From a virus (lineage: Duplodnaviria > Heunggongvirae > Uroviricota > Caudoviricetes), in IMG/VR virus record IMGVR_UViG_3300027754_000043: a stretch of 34,635 nt of DNA. One strand, 5' to 3'. The notes under the pieces are model-generated. The model did not search any database, was not told the DNA's origin, and saw only the letters and a list, made by a program, of their open reading frames with translations. Positions within the stretch are counted from its first letter, which is position 1. Each line of letters begins with the position of its first letter. A program made the translations under genes and the position numbers. Of the stretch, positions 1-9,407 are shown in pieces.

Positions 1-1071
1 GATGAAGAATATGGTATAGTTCAAACAATAAAATCTATTGCCGATTCAAACCAATATAATCAAGTAACGTTAGAATTACAAAAACTAACAGGTGGTAAAG
101 GTATTGCACAATATGTTACTAGTTTCATTGATGTAGGACCAGCTAGTAAAGATCGTTGGCATAGAGCTAAATTAACAATATATTATCTGGATATTATAAT
201 AAAACATTTAAAAAGTATTAAAGCTAGTGAAAACTCTTTAAAGATTTTTAATGACTATTTAAACAAATATAAAAAAACATACCCAACTGAACCAACACAG
301 AGTGCTCCCGGTGAACTCGATTGGTCTAAAATGGATTTCAGTGGTACCGGAATGGGTGTTGCTGCTAAAGCCATGGAAGATCCAGAATTCAGACATACAT
401 ATCTACAAGTAATGGGCTTTGCTACTGCTTTTATACCAGTTGTAGGTTGGGGAGTATCTGCGGGGATTCTTGCATTAGATGCCGCAGACCAATATTCACA
501 AGGAAATATGCGTGAAGCCGGATTATCATCATTATTTGCATTAATGCCAGTTGTCGGAAAAGGATTAAATTTAATAGCTAAAATGCCAGGAGTTGCTCGG
601 TTAGGTGAACGTGGTATGGCAGCATTGGGGCGTAAATTAGCTTTGAGTGGAGATCCGGTTTTATCTGCAATAGAACGTCTTGCAATTAAAGATGTATGGA
701 AATATAACTATGCATTGAAAAATGGAATAGATAATTATGTTAAAGCATCATTAGCTAATCAGGTTACTAATAGCATAGTTCGTGATCGAATTAGACAACA
801 ATTAGGTCAACGAGGTGCTAATATAATGTTTAAAATTGCGGATGGTGGTATTAAAACTTCTGCATTAGTAACTAAACTTGCAATACCTCTAGTTGCATTT
901 GATGCCGGTGTAGAACAATATCATACATTGTTTGATAAATTATATGCTATTCCAAAAGCTAAAAAAAATATAGAAAAAGCAAAACAATACAGAAAACAAA
1001 ATCCGTCAAATCCAGATGATATGTTCAACAATTTAGAACCAATGAATCCACAAAACAAAAAGAAAAAATAA
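1..1071 (+). CDS. 5'-truncated putative virion-associated protein with a pre-toxin-TG-like hydrophobic segment
   Basis: Frame of ORF 331..1071 stays open back to base 1 (DEEYGIVQTIKS...). Segment AFIPVVGWGVSAGILALDAADQYSQGNMREAGLSSLFALMPVVG resembles PT-TG-type motifs. Confidence 0.6.
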   Translation, partial: DEEYGIVQTIKSIADSNQYNQVTLELQKLTGGKGIAQYVTSFIDVGPASKDRWHRAKLTIYYLDIIIKHLKSIKASENSLKIFNDYLNKYKKTYPTEPTQSAPGELDWSKMDFSGTGMGVAAKAMEDPEFRHTYLQVMGFATAFIPVVGWGVSAGILALDAADQYSQGNMREAGLSSLFALMPVVGKGLNLIAKMPGVARLGERGMAALGRKLALSGDPVLSAIERLAIKDVWKYNYALKNGIDNYVKASLANQVTNSIVRDRIRQQLGQRGANIMFKIADGGIKTSALVTKLAIPLVAFDAGVEQYHTLFDKLYAIPKAKKNIEKAKQYRKQNPSNPDDMFNNLEPMNPQNKKKK

Positions 1072-1072
1072 T

Positions 1073-2218
1073 ATGAATACTAAAACAAAATCACTAAAAC
1101 TACAAATTTGTGATCGTATATTAAACGAACAAGGAGGTGCTTTAACACCTAAAGAAACTCCTCAACAAAAAGCAGCAAGGGAGAAATCAGCAAGGGAGAA
1201 AGCAGCAAGGGAGAAAGCCGCAGCAGAGAAAAAAGCCGTAGCAGCAAAAGATAAGACAGTTGTTGCGAATAGTGATATATCAGAAATAGACCCAGCAAAA
1301 ATTGCTCATTACAACGATATTTTTGAGTGGACAAAGCTCACAGTAGGGACACTACTATTAGCAGCACTAGCTGGTAAAGCACTGAATAAACTCGTTGGTA
1401 TCGTTGCAAAGAACCGCGGTATTACTAAAGGTAATGCTGTACGTTGGATGATTAAAGATGGTATTACTTCATCGCTAGCAGGTGGAGCTGCAAAGTTTTT
1501 TAATTGGGACAAGCTAGCAATGGGTATAGAAAACAATGCTACGAAAATAGAAAATTCTTTAGCTAAAACAAAAACAGACGACGAAATGATAAAAAGAACC
1601 GGGCTAACTCGAGCAGAAGGTCGAGTAATAATAGATGAAATTGGTACTGTTGATTGGAATATGCTAGCGAAACAATTCGAAAGTCAAGCGAGACTAGAAT
1701 ATTATAAAGATGGAATTACGTTAAACGAATATATGATAGCAGCTGGATATGCTGGTAATCCAACATCTAAAAAAATAGCCGAGACATGGATGCCAATAAT
1801 AAAAAAAGCGGCAACTGGACAAATGCAATTTGTAAAACTTAATACAATCAATGATATTGAGAAATTTAAAGACTGGTTTAAACAAGCATCATCGTGGTCA
1901 CACAGATATTGGTCTAAATTCCCAGAACTTAAAGATATGTCAATAAATTTACGAACTGCGTTGGCATCAAAAGGCCAACCTATGTTTGGGCTGAGTTATA
2001 AACCAGAAGCTGTTACGTATGTTGCAGACCGTATTAACAAAATTATAAGCAATACTCCAGCTGTATCTGATGATATTTTAAATATAGCTAATACAACTAA
2101 TTCATTTCCACCATATAAAAAATGGAGTGCTATACAAACTATAACAAAAAACAAAGCTGATGTAAATACATACTTAAGACAAAAATTCTGTTGGTATGCT
2201 CAAAAACATAGTATCTAA
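1073..2218 (+). CDS. hypothetical protein with AAREK repeats and one hydrophobic segment
   Basis: 381-aa ORF directly after the previous gene; N-terminus contains ILNE/Q, similar to other leader-bearing proteins here. Confidence 0.75.
   Translation: MNTKTKSLKLQICDRILNEQGGALTPKETPQQKAAREKSAREKAAREKAAAEKKAVAAKDKTVVANSDISEIDPAKIAHYNDIFEWTKLTVGTLLLAALAGKALNKLVGIVAKNRGITKGNAVRWMIKDGITSSLAGGAAKFFNWDKLAMGIENNATKIENSLAKTKTDDEMIKRTGLTRAEGRVIIDEIGTVDWNMLAKQFESQARLEYYKDGITLNEYMIAAGYAGNPTSKKIAETWMPIIKKAATGQMQFVKLNTINDIEKFKDWFKQASSWSHRYWSKFPELKDMSINLRTALASKGQPMFGLSYKPEAVTYVADRINKIISNTPAVSDDILNIANTTNSFPPYKKWSAIQTITKNKADVNTYLRQKFCWYAQKHSI
1169..1228 (+). repeat. coding 15-bp tandem repeat (about 4 units)
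   Basis: aagcagcaagggaga-like units encoding KAARE/KSARE/KAAAE. Confidence 0.85.
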
Positions 2219-2794
2219 TTAATCTCGATTAATAAACCCATTGAGGAAATCTTTTTGACGCTGGATTGCATTTGTCAGTTCAGCGTTTTTAACAGGGCTT
2301 CGTTTTTTTCTATTGCTCGTTGACACTCCATCAGTGCTAGGCTTAGCAACATTCGTTGTGCTATTTCTTCGTTTGGTGTTTGCATCCACTTTTCCAACAG
2401 AGGTATCAACATTTGGTTTGCTTGTTTGATCACTGTCTGTGCTTTCAATTTCTGTCCTTCTGGCGTTGCTAGGAACTGCATTAATCGATTTGCAATTTCT
2501 TCCGGCTTCGTATCTTCGTCGACATTCATTAGATCCGAGTTCTTTAGATTCTTCGAAGTAAATGACTCCTGCGTCATATGTGGTCTTGATGCCTTCGATG
2601 ATGATACCGCACGGGTAACGAAGTCCATTAGACGATTGAACTGTGTATTTAACACCCCAATTAACTGGCGTAATTTGTGTAACATATCCGTATTGTTTTT
2701 GTCCTAAAAAAGAAAAATAAACCGCATCCTCGATTGAGAATTGCGGTTTTTCAAATTTTGCTTGTATTTTATCGTCAACTTGTCTTTTTGCCAT
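2219..2794 (-). CDS. hypothetical protein (SH3/KOW-like N-terminus, low-complexity C-terminus)
   Basis: 191-aa ORF converging on 1073..2218; first gene of the long minus-strand run. Confidence 0.7.
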   Translation of the reverse strand: MAKRQVDDKIQAKFEKPQFSIEDAVYFSFLGQKQYGYVTQITPVNWGVKYTVQSSNGLRYPCGIIIEGIKTTYDAGVIYFEESKELGSNECRRRYEAGRNCKSINAVPSNARRTEIESTDSDQTSKPNVDTSVGKVDANTKRRNSTTNVAKPSTDGVSTSNRKKRSPVKNAELTNAIQRQKDFLNGFINRD

Positions 2795-2800
2795 AACTTA

Positions 2801-3238
2801 TTAATTTAAACAAATTGAGGATGTTTGATCTACGATGTGAAATATTCTCATGTATTTAGTTAATTTGTCTTTACGAAAATACTTTTCAGTATCATTATCA
2901 CGTCTAAGAATATAACCAGATTCTATAAACTTATTAATCATATATCTAACAGCCTTTAAACTATTTGATTCAATCATAATATGATGATCATCAATCATCA
3001 CATCAACTCTATCAACATCTAATGGATATTCATCATTATCGGTATTAGATATTGGTTCATCAACATTCAATGAATCTTTAATTGCACTAAAAAATGTTTG
3101 TAAATCAATTCCATTTAAACGAGCAACTCCGGATTCATATAAATCAAAAAAATAATGCAATTGTTCTGATTTAGCTAATTGATTAAAGTAACTATACTCT
3201 GAATAGTTAACATTAATGCTGTCAAATACTGTGTTCAT
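2801..3238 (-). CDS. hypothetical protein
   Basis: 145-aa ORF tiling with neighbours. Confidence 0.75.
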   Translation of the reverse strand: MNTVFDSINVNYSEYSYFNQLAKSEQLHYFFDLYESGVARLNGIDLQTFFSAIKDSLNVDEPISNTDNDEYPLDVDRVDVMIDDHHIMIESNSLKAVRYMINKFIESGYILRRDNDTEKYFRKDKLTKYMRIFHIVDQTSSICLN

Positions 3239-3240
3239 GT

Positions 3241-3399
3241 TTAGACCTTTTTTATTACAAATAATTCATCTACATTAGCTGCAGATAAACGTTTCATTTG
3301 CATTATACATTCACGTGCCCCGTCCAAACTCGTTGCCAATACACGTCCTATGATTTCACATTTAGTATCATTACGGCTGTAATAAATATATGTTTGCAT
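3241..3399 (-). CDS. small hypothetical protein (52 aa, not in ORF track)
   Basis: Manual translation MQTYIYYSRNDTKCEIIGRVLATSLDGARECIMQMKRLSAANVDELFVIKKV fills the gap exactly; ATATTTATA motif upstream at 3416-3424. Confidence 0.65.
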   Translation of the reverse strand: MQTYIYYSRNDTKCEIIGRVLATSLDGARECIMQMKRLSAANVDELFVIKKV

Positions 3400-3414
3400 A
3401 GGTACCTTATTTTA

Positions 3415-3807
3415 TTATAAATATAATCCTAACTCGTATGCTCGCATAGAAGAATCCAATGCATCTGAAATAGTATCATATAATTTTGCAACTTCATGTT
3501 TTCTCAAAGTAAACTCAGTTCCTTTAACAGCTACTAGCATTAAATCTTGTTTACCTACGTTTTCAGCATACATGTTGTTAGTAAATGTATCTAATGATTT
3601 ACTATATGAAATTAAGTCTTTATATCGCATTGGTAACTGTTTACCTTCGATATGCAATGTGCCGATTAATACAGCCATTGGATCTGTTTTAAAATTGTCT
3701 GTAGAGATCTTATCTTCAAAAATAAAATCCATATCAGCCCAAGTGTTCCCATAACGTTCTCTGAATTTATCAGTAACGGCCCATGGATGATTGATACTTT
3801 TAATCAT
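3415..3807 (-). CDS. hypothetical protein
   Basis: 130-aa ORF tiling with neighbours. Confidence 0.75.
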   Translation of the reverse strand: MIKSINHPWAVTDKFRERYGNTWADMDFIFEDKISTDNFKTDPMAVLIGTLHIEGKQLPMRYKDLISYSKSLDTFTNNMYAENVGKQDLMLVAVKGTEFTLRKHEVAKLYDTISDALDSSMRAYELGLYL

Positions 3808-3810
3808 GGT

Positions 3811-4452
3811 TTAAAATTTATAAATTGTTATTGTATATACATCTTTCGAATAGTTATTTTTAACTGATACATATCCGTATCGTTCAATTAACATATCCAA
3901 TATTAGTCCCGGGTGAACATAAAAGAACCCTTCGTGGTGGTGTGTGTTTATTGGAGATAACAAATTAAATGAAACTGCTGAGTTAGCAATGTTATACATT
4001 AATTCAATATCATCTAATAATTTGTTAAAATCTTGTTCTTCGGTTTCACAACGACGTTGAGTAAATACACCGGATGCAACAACCCAATCATGTTGATTTA
4101 ATTCCGTTGTTTCGAATGCACCTATCATTACGTCATAGCCATATTTCTGTTTTGCTAGATCTGCCATGATAGGATTATGATCTATACCTGTATACGCATT
4201 CAATTTACCGTAAAATTCGCTAATAAAGTGCGCCATATCGGCTCGTCCACAACCTATATCTAATATAGACTGATTAGGATTAAAGCCGGATAAAACATGT
4301 AAAAATAAGGTATTTTGTTCAGAAATTGTATTATATCCAACTGAGTGTGGACTATATAACATATAATCTGGGTGATCTGTTGCTAAAACATCATATTCAG
4401 ATGTATTTGATAATATACCTGTGATTTTAGATTCTAATTCATTTGAAGTCAT
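3811..4452 (-). CDS. class I SAM-dependent methyltransferase
   Basis: Motif I ILDIGCGRAD, YTGID, and DWVVASGVF. Confidence 0.9.
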   Translation of the reverse strand: MTSNELESKITGILSNTSEYDVLATDHPDYMLYSPHSVGYNTISEQNTLFLHVLSGFNPNQSILDIGCGRADMAHFISEFYGKLNAYTGIDHNPIMADLAKQKYGYDVMIGAFETTELNQHDWVVASGVFTQRRCETEEQDFNKLLDDIELMYNIANSAVSFNLLSPINTHHHEGFFYVHPGLILDMLIERYGYVSVKNNYSKDVYTITIYKF

Positions 4453-4561
4453 TTAACTTAAATTTTGGAGGTAAATACGTTCATTTAATGTATTATTCGC
4501 AAATTAAAATAAACTTTATTATAAAATTTGCATATATACTAAGATGTTCGTATATTCAATA

Positions 4562-4837
4562 TTATGCGTGGCAAATTGGTAACCGATCATTCAATAACAT
4601 CTCCTTATAAGGAATAGTTGTCTGAATGAGGTCTGTGTCACATAACTTTGCTGTTAAACCTTTATTAATAAAAGTTTTCTTTGAAAATGCTGTATTTAAC
4701 ATTATCAATGCTGTTCTGTTTTCTAATAAAACATCATATACAGTTGCTTTGCTGAGTGTGTATTTATCTAATACAACTCCTACGTGATGTACATCTTCTT
4801 GAGTAACAATCACAGTATCTCCGGCTTTATAACCCAT
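4562..4837 (-). CDS. hypothetical protein (KOW/SH3-like start YKAGDTVIV)
   Basis: 91-aa ORF, stop/start overlap with the upstream gene. Confidence 0.7.
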   Translation of the reverse strand: MGYKAGDTVIVTQEDVHHVGVVLDKYTLSKATVYDVLLENRTALIMLNTAFSKKTFINKGLTAKLCDTDLIQTTIPYKEMLLNDRLPICHA

Positions 4838-5046
4838 TATTCTAAAATTTTAACGATTTTACTTGCTGTAACTGATTTAACTTCGAAGTCAAAAGTATAT
4901 CCTTTAAAATCTTCGATAACTTTTGCTTCTGCTTCTGTAACCGACATTGCCTCGACAAGGTATGTCTCTGTTGTTTTTTTGATTTTTGGGCCTTTCGGCG
5001 TGTCAACTTCGTCTGTTAGTTGAACTTTTGCTGTGTAATAACTCAT
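4837..5046 (-). CDS. DUF4494-like protein
   Basis: KKTTETYLVEAMSVTEAEAKVIE matches the Bacteroidota DUF4494 signature as I recall it. Confidence 0.8.
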   Translation of the reverse strand: MSYYTAKVQLTDEVDTPKGPKIKKTTETYLVEAMSVTEAEAKVIEDFKGYTFDFEVKSVTASKIVKILE

Positions 5047-5118
5047 TTTTAAAAATTTAGTATAACATTTATTTTTATTACCACTATTATATGAAATAAA
5101 AAGCGTAATTCAAATTAT

Positions 5119-5940
5119 TTATTTATCTTTATCAATGAATTTTTGTAATCTTTTCTGACTTTTGTGAAATTCATATGATTTTGTAATATGTTTTGGAGAT
5201 AAATTAAAATTAATTTGTAAATTATCTAAAATGTCAGCAATTAAACGTTCTTTTTCACTTACGTTATTAGTTTTTTTATCTAATAACTCAATAATCTTTT
5301 TTAATTGAGTAACAAAGTGTTTAGGAAGACGTTTTAATATTCTAGATTGGTCTGAATATATTTTAATATTGCTAGTTTCTTTTGTTTTTTTCTTTTCACT
5401 GATTAATTGCTTTGCAATTGTAACCGATTCTTTTAAAACATCACCATATTTTACAACCCATGCAAGATCTGGTGCTGGTTCTATCGGTGCTTCTGGCATC
5501 GATGGTTCTGCTGGCATAGCACCACCTCCGCTAGATTCTTTAGATTTTAATGCTTCTTTGTCATCAGCACCTAAACCTTTAACATCATTTAAACTAAGTT
5601 GCAATTCTATTGTATAATCATCGTTTTGACCGAACCCAGTATATGGTACAAGTTTAACAACGTTACGACGTACTAATGATAACAATGTTTCAGGTGTTAA
5701 ATCTAACTCAGCACCACTTCTTCCGATAAACTCACGAATACCAATATCAGATGTAGAATAAATAATTCCTAAATGGGTTGTTCCATACGCATCAAATTTA
5801 CCTAAGAATTTTTCTTCTGCAGGTGTAAATAATGTATCATCAGAAGTAGCACCCGCGGCAGTATTACTGTCGCTAGGTGCCTGTTCCAATATCATTTCTT
5901 TCAATGTGTTTTCAATAATATGTCGACGTTTTTCAATCAT
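5119..5940 (-). CDS. hypothetical, probable virion/internal protein
   Basis: 273 aa; LKEMILE/Q leader-like site; Pro-rich linker. Confidence 0.7.
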   Translation of the reverse strand: MIEKRRHIIENTLKEMILEQAPSDSNTAAGATSDDTLFTPAEEKFLGKFDAYGTTHLGIIYSTSDIGIREFIGRSGAELDLTPETLLSLVRRNVVKLVPYTGFGQNDDYTIELQLSLNDVKGLGADDKEALKSKESSGGGAMPAEPSMPEAPIEPAPDLAWVVKYGDVLKESVTIAKQLISEKKKTKETSNIKIYSDQSRILKRLPKHFVTQLKKIIELLDKKTNNVSEKERLIADILDNLQINFNLSPKHITKSYEFHKSQKRLQKFIDKDK

Positions 5941-6122
5941 ATCTCTTTTGATTCAGCTAAATTAATTGAACGATAAGTTGTTGATAATTTTTTTAATTCA
6001 TTAATTGACTTACGTGCTATAACTCCAGCTTTTTTAACTTTTTTATCTCTGAAACGTTCGTGATTTTCTTTAAAATCTGCCCATAACTGTTCCATTACTT
6101 CAAATACTTCTTGTGATGTCAT
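5937..6122 (-). CDS. Bacteroidota histone H1-like (Hc1-type) protein
   Basis: KKAGVIARKSINELKKLSTTYR resembles the KAAGTRARK..LEL.KL.KE.R pattern; 61 aa, basic. Confidence 0.75.
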   Translation of the reverse strand: MTSQEVFEVMEQLWADFKENHERFRDKKVKKAGVIARKSINELKKLSTTYRSINLAESKEI

Positions 6123-6158
6123 ATTAACCTTTATTTATTTATATATATAAATATCAAA

Positions 6159-6350
6159 TTATACAAATTTATCCATAAATACGTGTACGTTTGGGGTTGA
6201 TACTTTGTATGTGGTAAATTCTGTCAATTCGATATATACATTTCCATTTTTTTCATAAACCTGCATTATATGTGCTGTATTAATAAATCTAGACATGGTA
6301 GTACCATCTTCATGTATTACAATAACATGTATAAAATTAGGTTTATTCAT
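6159..6350 (-). CDS. hypothetical protein (FlbD-like INxxHI motif)
   Basis: 63-aa ORF with RFINTAHIMQVYE. Confidence 0.6.
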   Translation of the reverse strand: MNKPNFIHVIVIHEDGTTMSRFINTAHIMQVYEKNGNVYIELTEFTTYKVSTPNVHVFMDKFV

Positions 6351-6880
6351 TAGTCACCTGTATATCCTTTATTGAATGGACTTTGAGACGGACCTCCACC
6401 AAAATCTCTAGGATTTAGTTCGATACTAGATTTAGTTGGAGAACTAGTTTGTTGTCTTAATTTACCAATCTTTGTTTGTAACTCATATGATTGTGCAACA
6501 GTAATATCAGATAAAGAACGACCTACTTGTTTTAAGTATTTTGAAACCAAAGTTTTTACATTCGCATCTTCATTTGCAATTTTTTGTATCCCACGCAATC
6601 CAGACATATTACCAGAGCTACCTGGCATATTTGCTAAACTATATTTTGTTAAATCTATCTGATCTTGTGTATCAGCAGGAATTGCATCCCATTTTGCATT
6701 AACTAATTCATCCGGGTTCATTGCCTTTGCTGAATATAACTCAGTTTTGCGATCGTTGTCTGTCATTTTTTCCCATACTGCATCAGCTGAATATGTTTCA
6801 GCAATAATTCGTTTAGCTCTGCTAATTTCTTCCTTAAGGATACGAACATGTGTCGGGTTATTAATATCGAATATTTTCAT
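6350..6880 (-). CDS. hypothetical protein
   Basis: 176-aa ORF; ILKEE/IIAE leader-like sites. Confidence 0.7.
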   Translation of the reverse strand: MKIFDINNPTHVRILKEEISRAKRIIAETYSADAVWEKMTDNDRKTELYSAKAMNPDELVNAKWDAIPADTQDQIDLTKYSLANMPGSSGNMSGLRGIQKIANEDANVKTLVSKYLKQVGRSLSDITVAQSYELQTKIGKLRQQTSSPTKSSIELNPRDFGGGPSQSPFNKGYTGD

Positions 6881-6915
6881 AATATCGTTTCTTTTACTAT
6901 ATATATCTATTTAAT

Positions 6916-8238
6916 TTAATTTAACGGATTTAACGCATCCAATGTATTTAACGGATTTAATGAAGATTTTGAATATTCCTCATAAAATTCAGCTGCTTTC
7001 GTTTTTCGTTCAGAAGAAATATGTGCCGGTCGTTCATAAAGTTTTGCAAATAAATATGCAGCATCTTCTGGCGTAATATCTTCATTTTTAAGTTTCTCGG
7101 CTAATGCGCTATGATTAGTACTCAACTCCCACCATAAAAATTCCAATTGTCCATTAACAGACCATGGATCTAATCCTTTATTTGTACACCAAGCTTCAAA
7201 TCCACGTGGACCCCACCAACGTTCATTATGCCATTGTGCTAATCCATTTGATGTACCATGATCACCTGGGTTATCTGTTTTAAATCCGGATTCGATGAAT
7301 AAATTACCAGCAATACCTGCAGCACCGGTTTCAGATAATCCTTTATCTACAAAGAAATCTATTATAGTATTAACAGTTGCAATATCATTATGACTAATAG
7401 TTCTAGAACGTTTTACTTTCTTAGGAACTAGGTTAGCTAAATTAGAATCATCTGTATCAGCAACCGTATCTAATTTACTAATTGTAGTTTTATCTATAGT
7501 ACCAGTTGGGTTTATATCTCGATCTCGTTGAAATTGCGATAATGCAATTTTTGTGTTACTATCCAATTTCCCAGTAACTTCGTCACTAGTTTCTAAATAG
7601 CCTAATGATAACAATTTAACTTGTAGATCTTTTATTTGTTCTACATTAGCATCAATCATACCATCAGTATCAACAACATCTAAATCATCAGTCGATTGTA
7701 ATAATGGTAATACATTTTGCATCCATTGTTGTGCTATTGTATTCTGTGCATCTTCGTCTAACATGGTACCATGTCGTATAAAATCTAATTTACTGAATTC
7801 CGTTGTATCGATAACAACATCGGCAATATCTTGAGATTGAATCCATTCTGATATAGATTCATTGAATTCATATAATTCAGGTTTATCAACAAATTCTGAT
7901 GTGGTATTCGTTATAGCAACTAATATGCAATTATATTCTTTAACTAACGAAAACATTGATGCTAGTGTCTGTATAATAACATCTGCATTTTTTGTATTTT
8001 TAATTAAACCAGGAAATATCGTTACTACATCATATTCTTTTAACATATTAGTTTGAAGTATGTTATTTAAATCTGTAATCGATGCATTTACTCGACCATT
8101 TATTTCGCCGTTAAGATATCTAGAACGTAATACCTTTTTTGCAAAACTTGTTGGCGAAACGGTTTGTATATCTCCTATAAACAATGCTTTATAAACACGC
8201 TGTTCATCTTCTAATAATAATGAGGTTAATCGTATCAT
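6916..8238 (-). CDS. modular peptidoglycan hydrolase: degenerate SGNH-like domain + PG-binding domain + phage tail lysozyme (Phage_lysozyme2-like)
   Basis: LQVKLLSLGY...TGKLDSNTKIALSQFQ...PTGTID (PG_binding_1); GAAGIAGNLFIESG...GLAQW...QLEFLWWEL...YERP (lysozyme2); N-terminal LFIGDIQT resembles SGNH block I without Ser. Confidence 0.85.
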   Translation of the reverse strand: MIRLTSLLLEDEQRVYKALFIGDIQTVSPTSFAKKVLRSRYLNGEINGRVNASITDLNNILQTNMLKEYDVVTIFPGLIKNTKNADVIIQTLASMFSLVKEYNCILVAITNTTSEFVDKPELYEFNESISEWIQSQDIADVVIDTTEFSKLDFIRHGTMLDEDAQNTIAQQWMQNVLPLLQSTDDLDVVDTDGMIDANVEQIKDLQVKLLSLGYLETSDEVTGKLDSNTKIALSQFQRDRDINPTGTIDKTTISKLDTVADTDDSNLANLVPKKVKRSRTISHNDIATVNTIIDFFVDKGLSETGAAGIAGNLFIESGFKTDNPGDHGTSNGLAQWHNERWWGPRGFEAWCTNKGLDPWSVNGQLEFLWWELSTNHSALAEKLKNEDITPEDAAYLFAKLYERPAHISSERKTKAAEFYEEYSKSSLNPLNTLDALNPLN

Positions 8239-8384
8239 CTTCCTTGGCTCACATATTGTTTAGAATAATTTTTACTAGATTTATTTTTGCTATTTTTAGT
8301 TTTAGAATGCACACTTGGTCTTTTTACTTTTGATTTACCGATATGCAATTTGCTAGATCCTTGTTTTTTAACTGCTGCAGCCAT
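8235..8384 (-). CDS. small very basic protein (49 aa, ends YVSQGR)
   Basis: Start reassigned to ATG 8384 (MAAAVKK), downstream of the ATATTTATA motif at 8409. Confidence 0.65.
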   Translation of the reverse strand: MAAAVKKQGSSKLHIGKSKVKRPSVHSKTKNSKNKSSKNYSKQYVSQGR

Positions 8385-8488
8385 AAATATCCTTATTAAC
8401 TTCTTTATTATAAATATTCGTCCACAAAAAAACCCAAGCAAAAGCTCAGGTTCTTTAACTAAAACGACTAAGGTAGCAGTCGAATATC

Positions 8489-8584
8489 TTATACTAACAC
8501 AGCATCTTCGATATCCAATTGTTCAGCAACTTCGTCAAACATGACTCCGAAAAGGATATCGTAATCTTCTGTAGTGTATTCCAT
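8489..8584 (-). CDS. small acidic protein (31 aa, not in ORF track)
   Basis: Manual translation MEYTTEDYDILFGVMFDEVAEQLDIEDAVLV, followed by a terminator-like hairpin near 8427-8452. Confidence 0.4.
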   Translation of the reverse strand: MEYTTEDYDILFGVMFDEVAEQLDIEDAVLV

Positions 8585-8630
8585 TGTGTTCCTAATAATA
8601 TGATGATTTTATTATATATATAAACGCATA

Positions 8631-9257
8631 TTATTTTTTTCCAGGCGCATATAGATAATTTGTTAATAAAGTACCAATAACACCATTTTTAGTAGCAATA
8701 TAATCCAATTCATCTCCAGATAGCTTATGTTCTTGTCCATTAAACGCAATTCCCATTACACCTATCAAACGATCTTCTAAATTATATACTCCATACATAT
8801 AAAATGATTTTGTTTTAAGTGGTATTGAAATAGATTCCATTCCATAAAATTCATTGCCAGGTTCAAATGAGTGTATACTCAATTCTTGGTTGGTATGAAT
8901 TTCATTCAAAGCCTTTGGAAACAATGAAACTGGAATATTTTGAAGCATGTTTCGTAGTGATGTAGTTCCTGCAGACAGTTTTTCATAAAATATAGAAAAT
9001 TTCTGAATGGATTTACCGGTTGGATAAAAATGACCTCCATTGTGAAATTGAGCAATCCATATGCGATCGCAATTTAAATACGCCATCATGCTATCTAATT
9101 TTTCATCAATAATATACCCTAACTCTACTGCCTCACCAACGGTAGTATGTGTTTCGGTTGATGACTTTAATTTAGTACGTACCCATTCTACTACTATAGG
9201 TCCTATTACTGCAGTAATAAGTGCAACTGCTATTGTCGATATTGTTGTTAAATCCAT
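8631..9257 (-). CDS. putative holin (N-terminal TM helix + GAF-like domain, T4 gpT-like architecture)
   Basis: TM TIAVALITAVIGPIVV; CDRIWIAQFHNGG and LIGVMGIAF GAF-like strands; near the lysozyme gene. Confidence 0.55.
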   Translation of the reverse strand: MDLTTISTIAVALITAVIGPIVVEWVRTKLKSSTETHTTVGEAVELGYIIDEKLDSMMAYLNCDRIWIAQFHNGGHFYPTGKSIQKFSIFYEKLSAGTTSLRNMLQNIPVSLFPKALNEIHTNQELSIHSFEPGNEFYGMESISIPLKTKSFYMYGVYNLEDRLIGVMGIAFNGQEHKLSGDELDYIATKNGVIGTLLTNYLYAPGKK

Positions 9258-9335
9258 TGCCGGGACTTTCAGTATTGTAAATATTTAACATTTATATATA
9301 AATATACTAGTAATTAAATGTATCGACAGTTTGAA

Positions 9336-9365
9336 CAGTAAAAAAGTGTGATCGAAATCACACTT
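9336..9365 (-). terminator. intrinsic terminator
   Basis: Stem AAGTGTGAT/ATCACACTT followed on the minus strand by T-tract and ACTG. Confidence 0.8.
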
Positions 9366-9407
9366 AAATTTATATTTTCTAACAATGTTTTTAAACGTAT
9401 CATACTA

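Noticed and set aside
2275-2707. Alternative-frame and antisense ORFs within 2219..2794, and similar shadow ORFs across the window
   Set aside because: Fully nested in genes that tile the minus strand with promoter and start-context support; no recognisable motifs.
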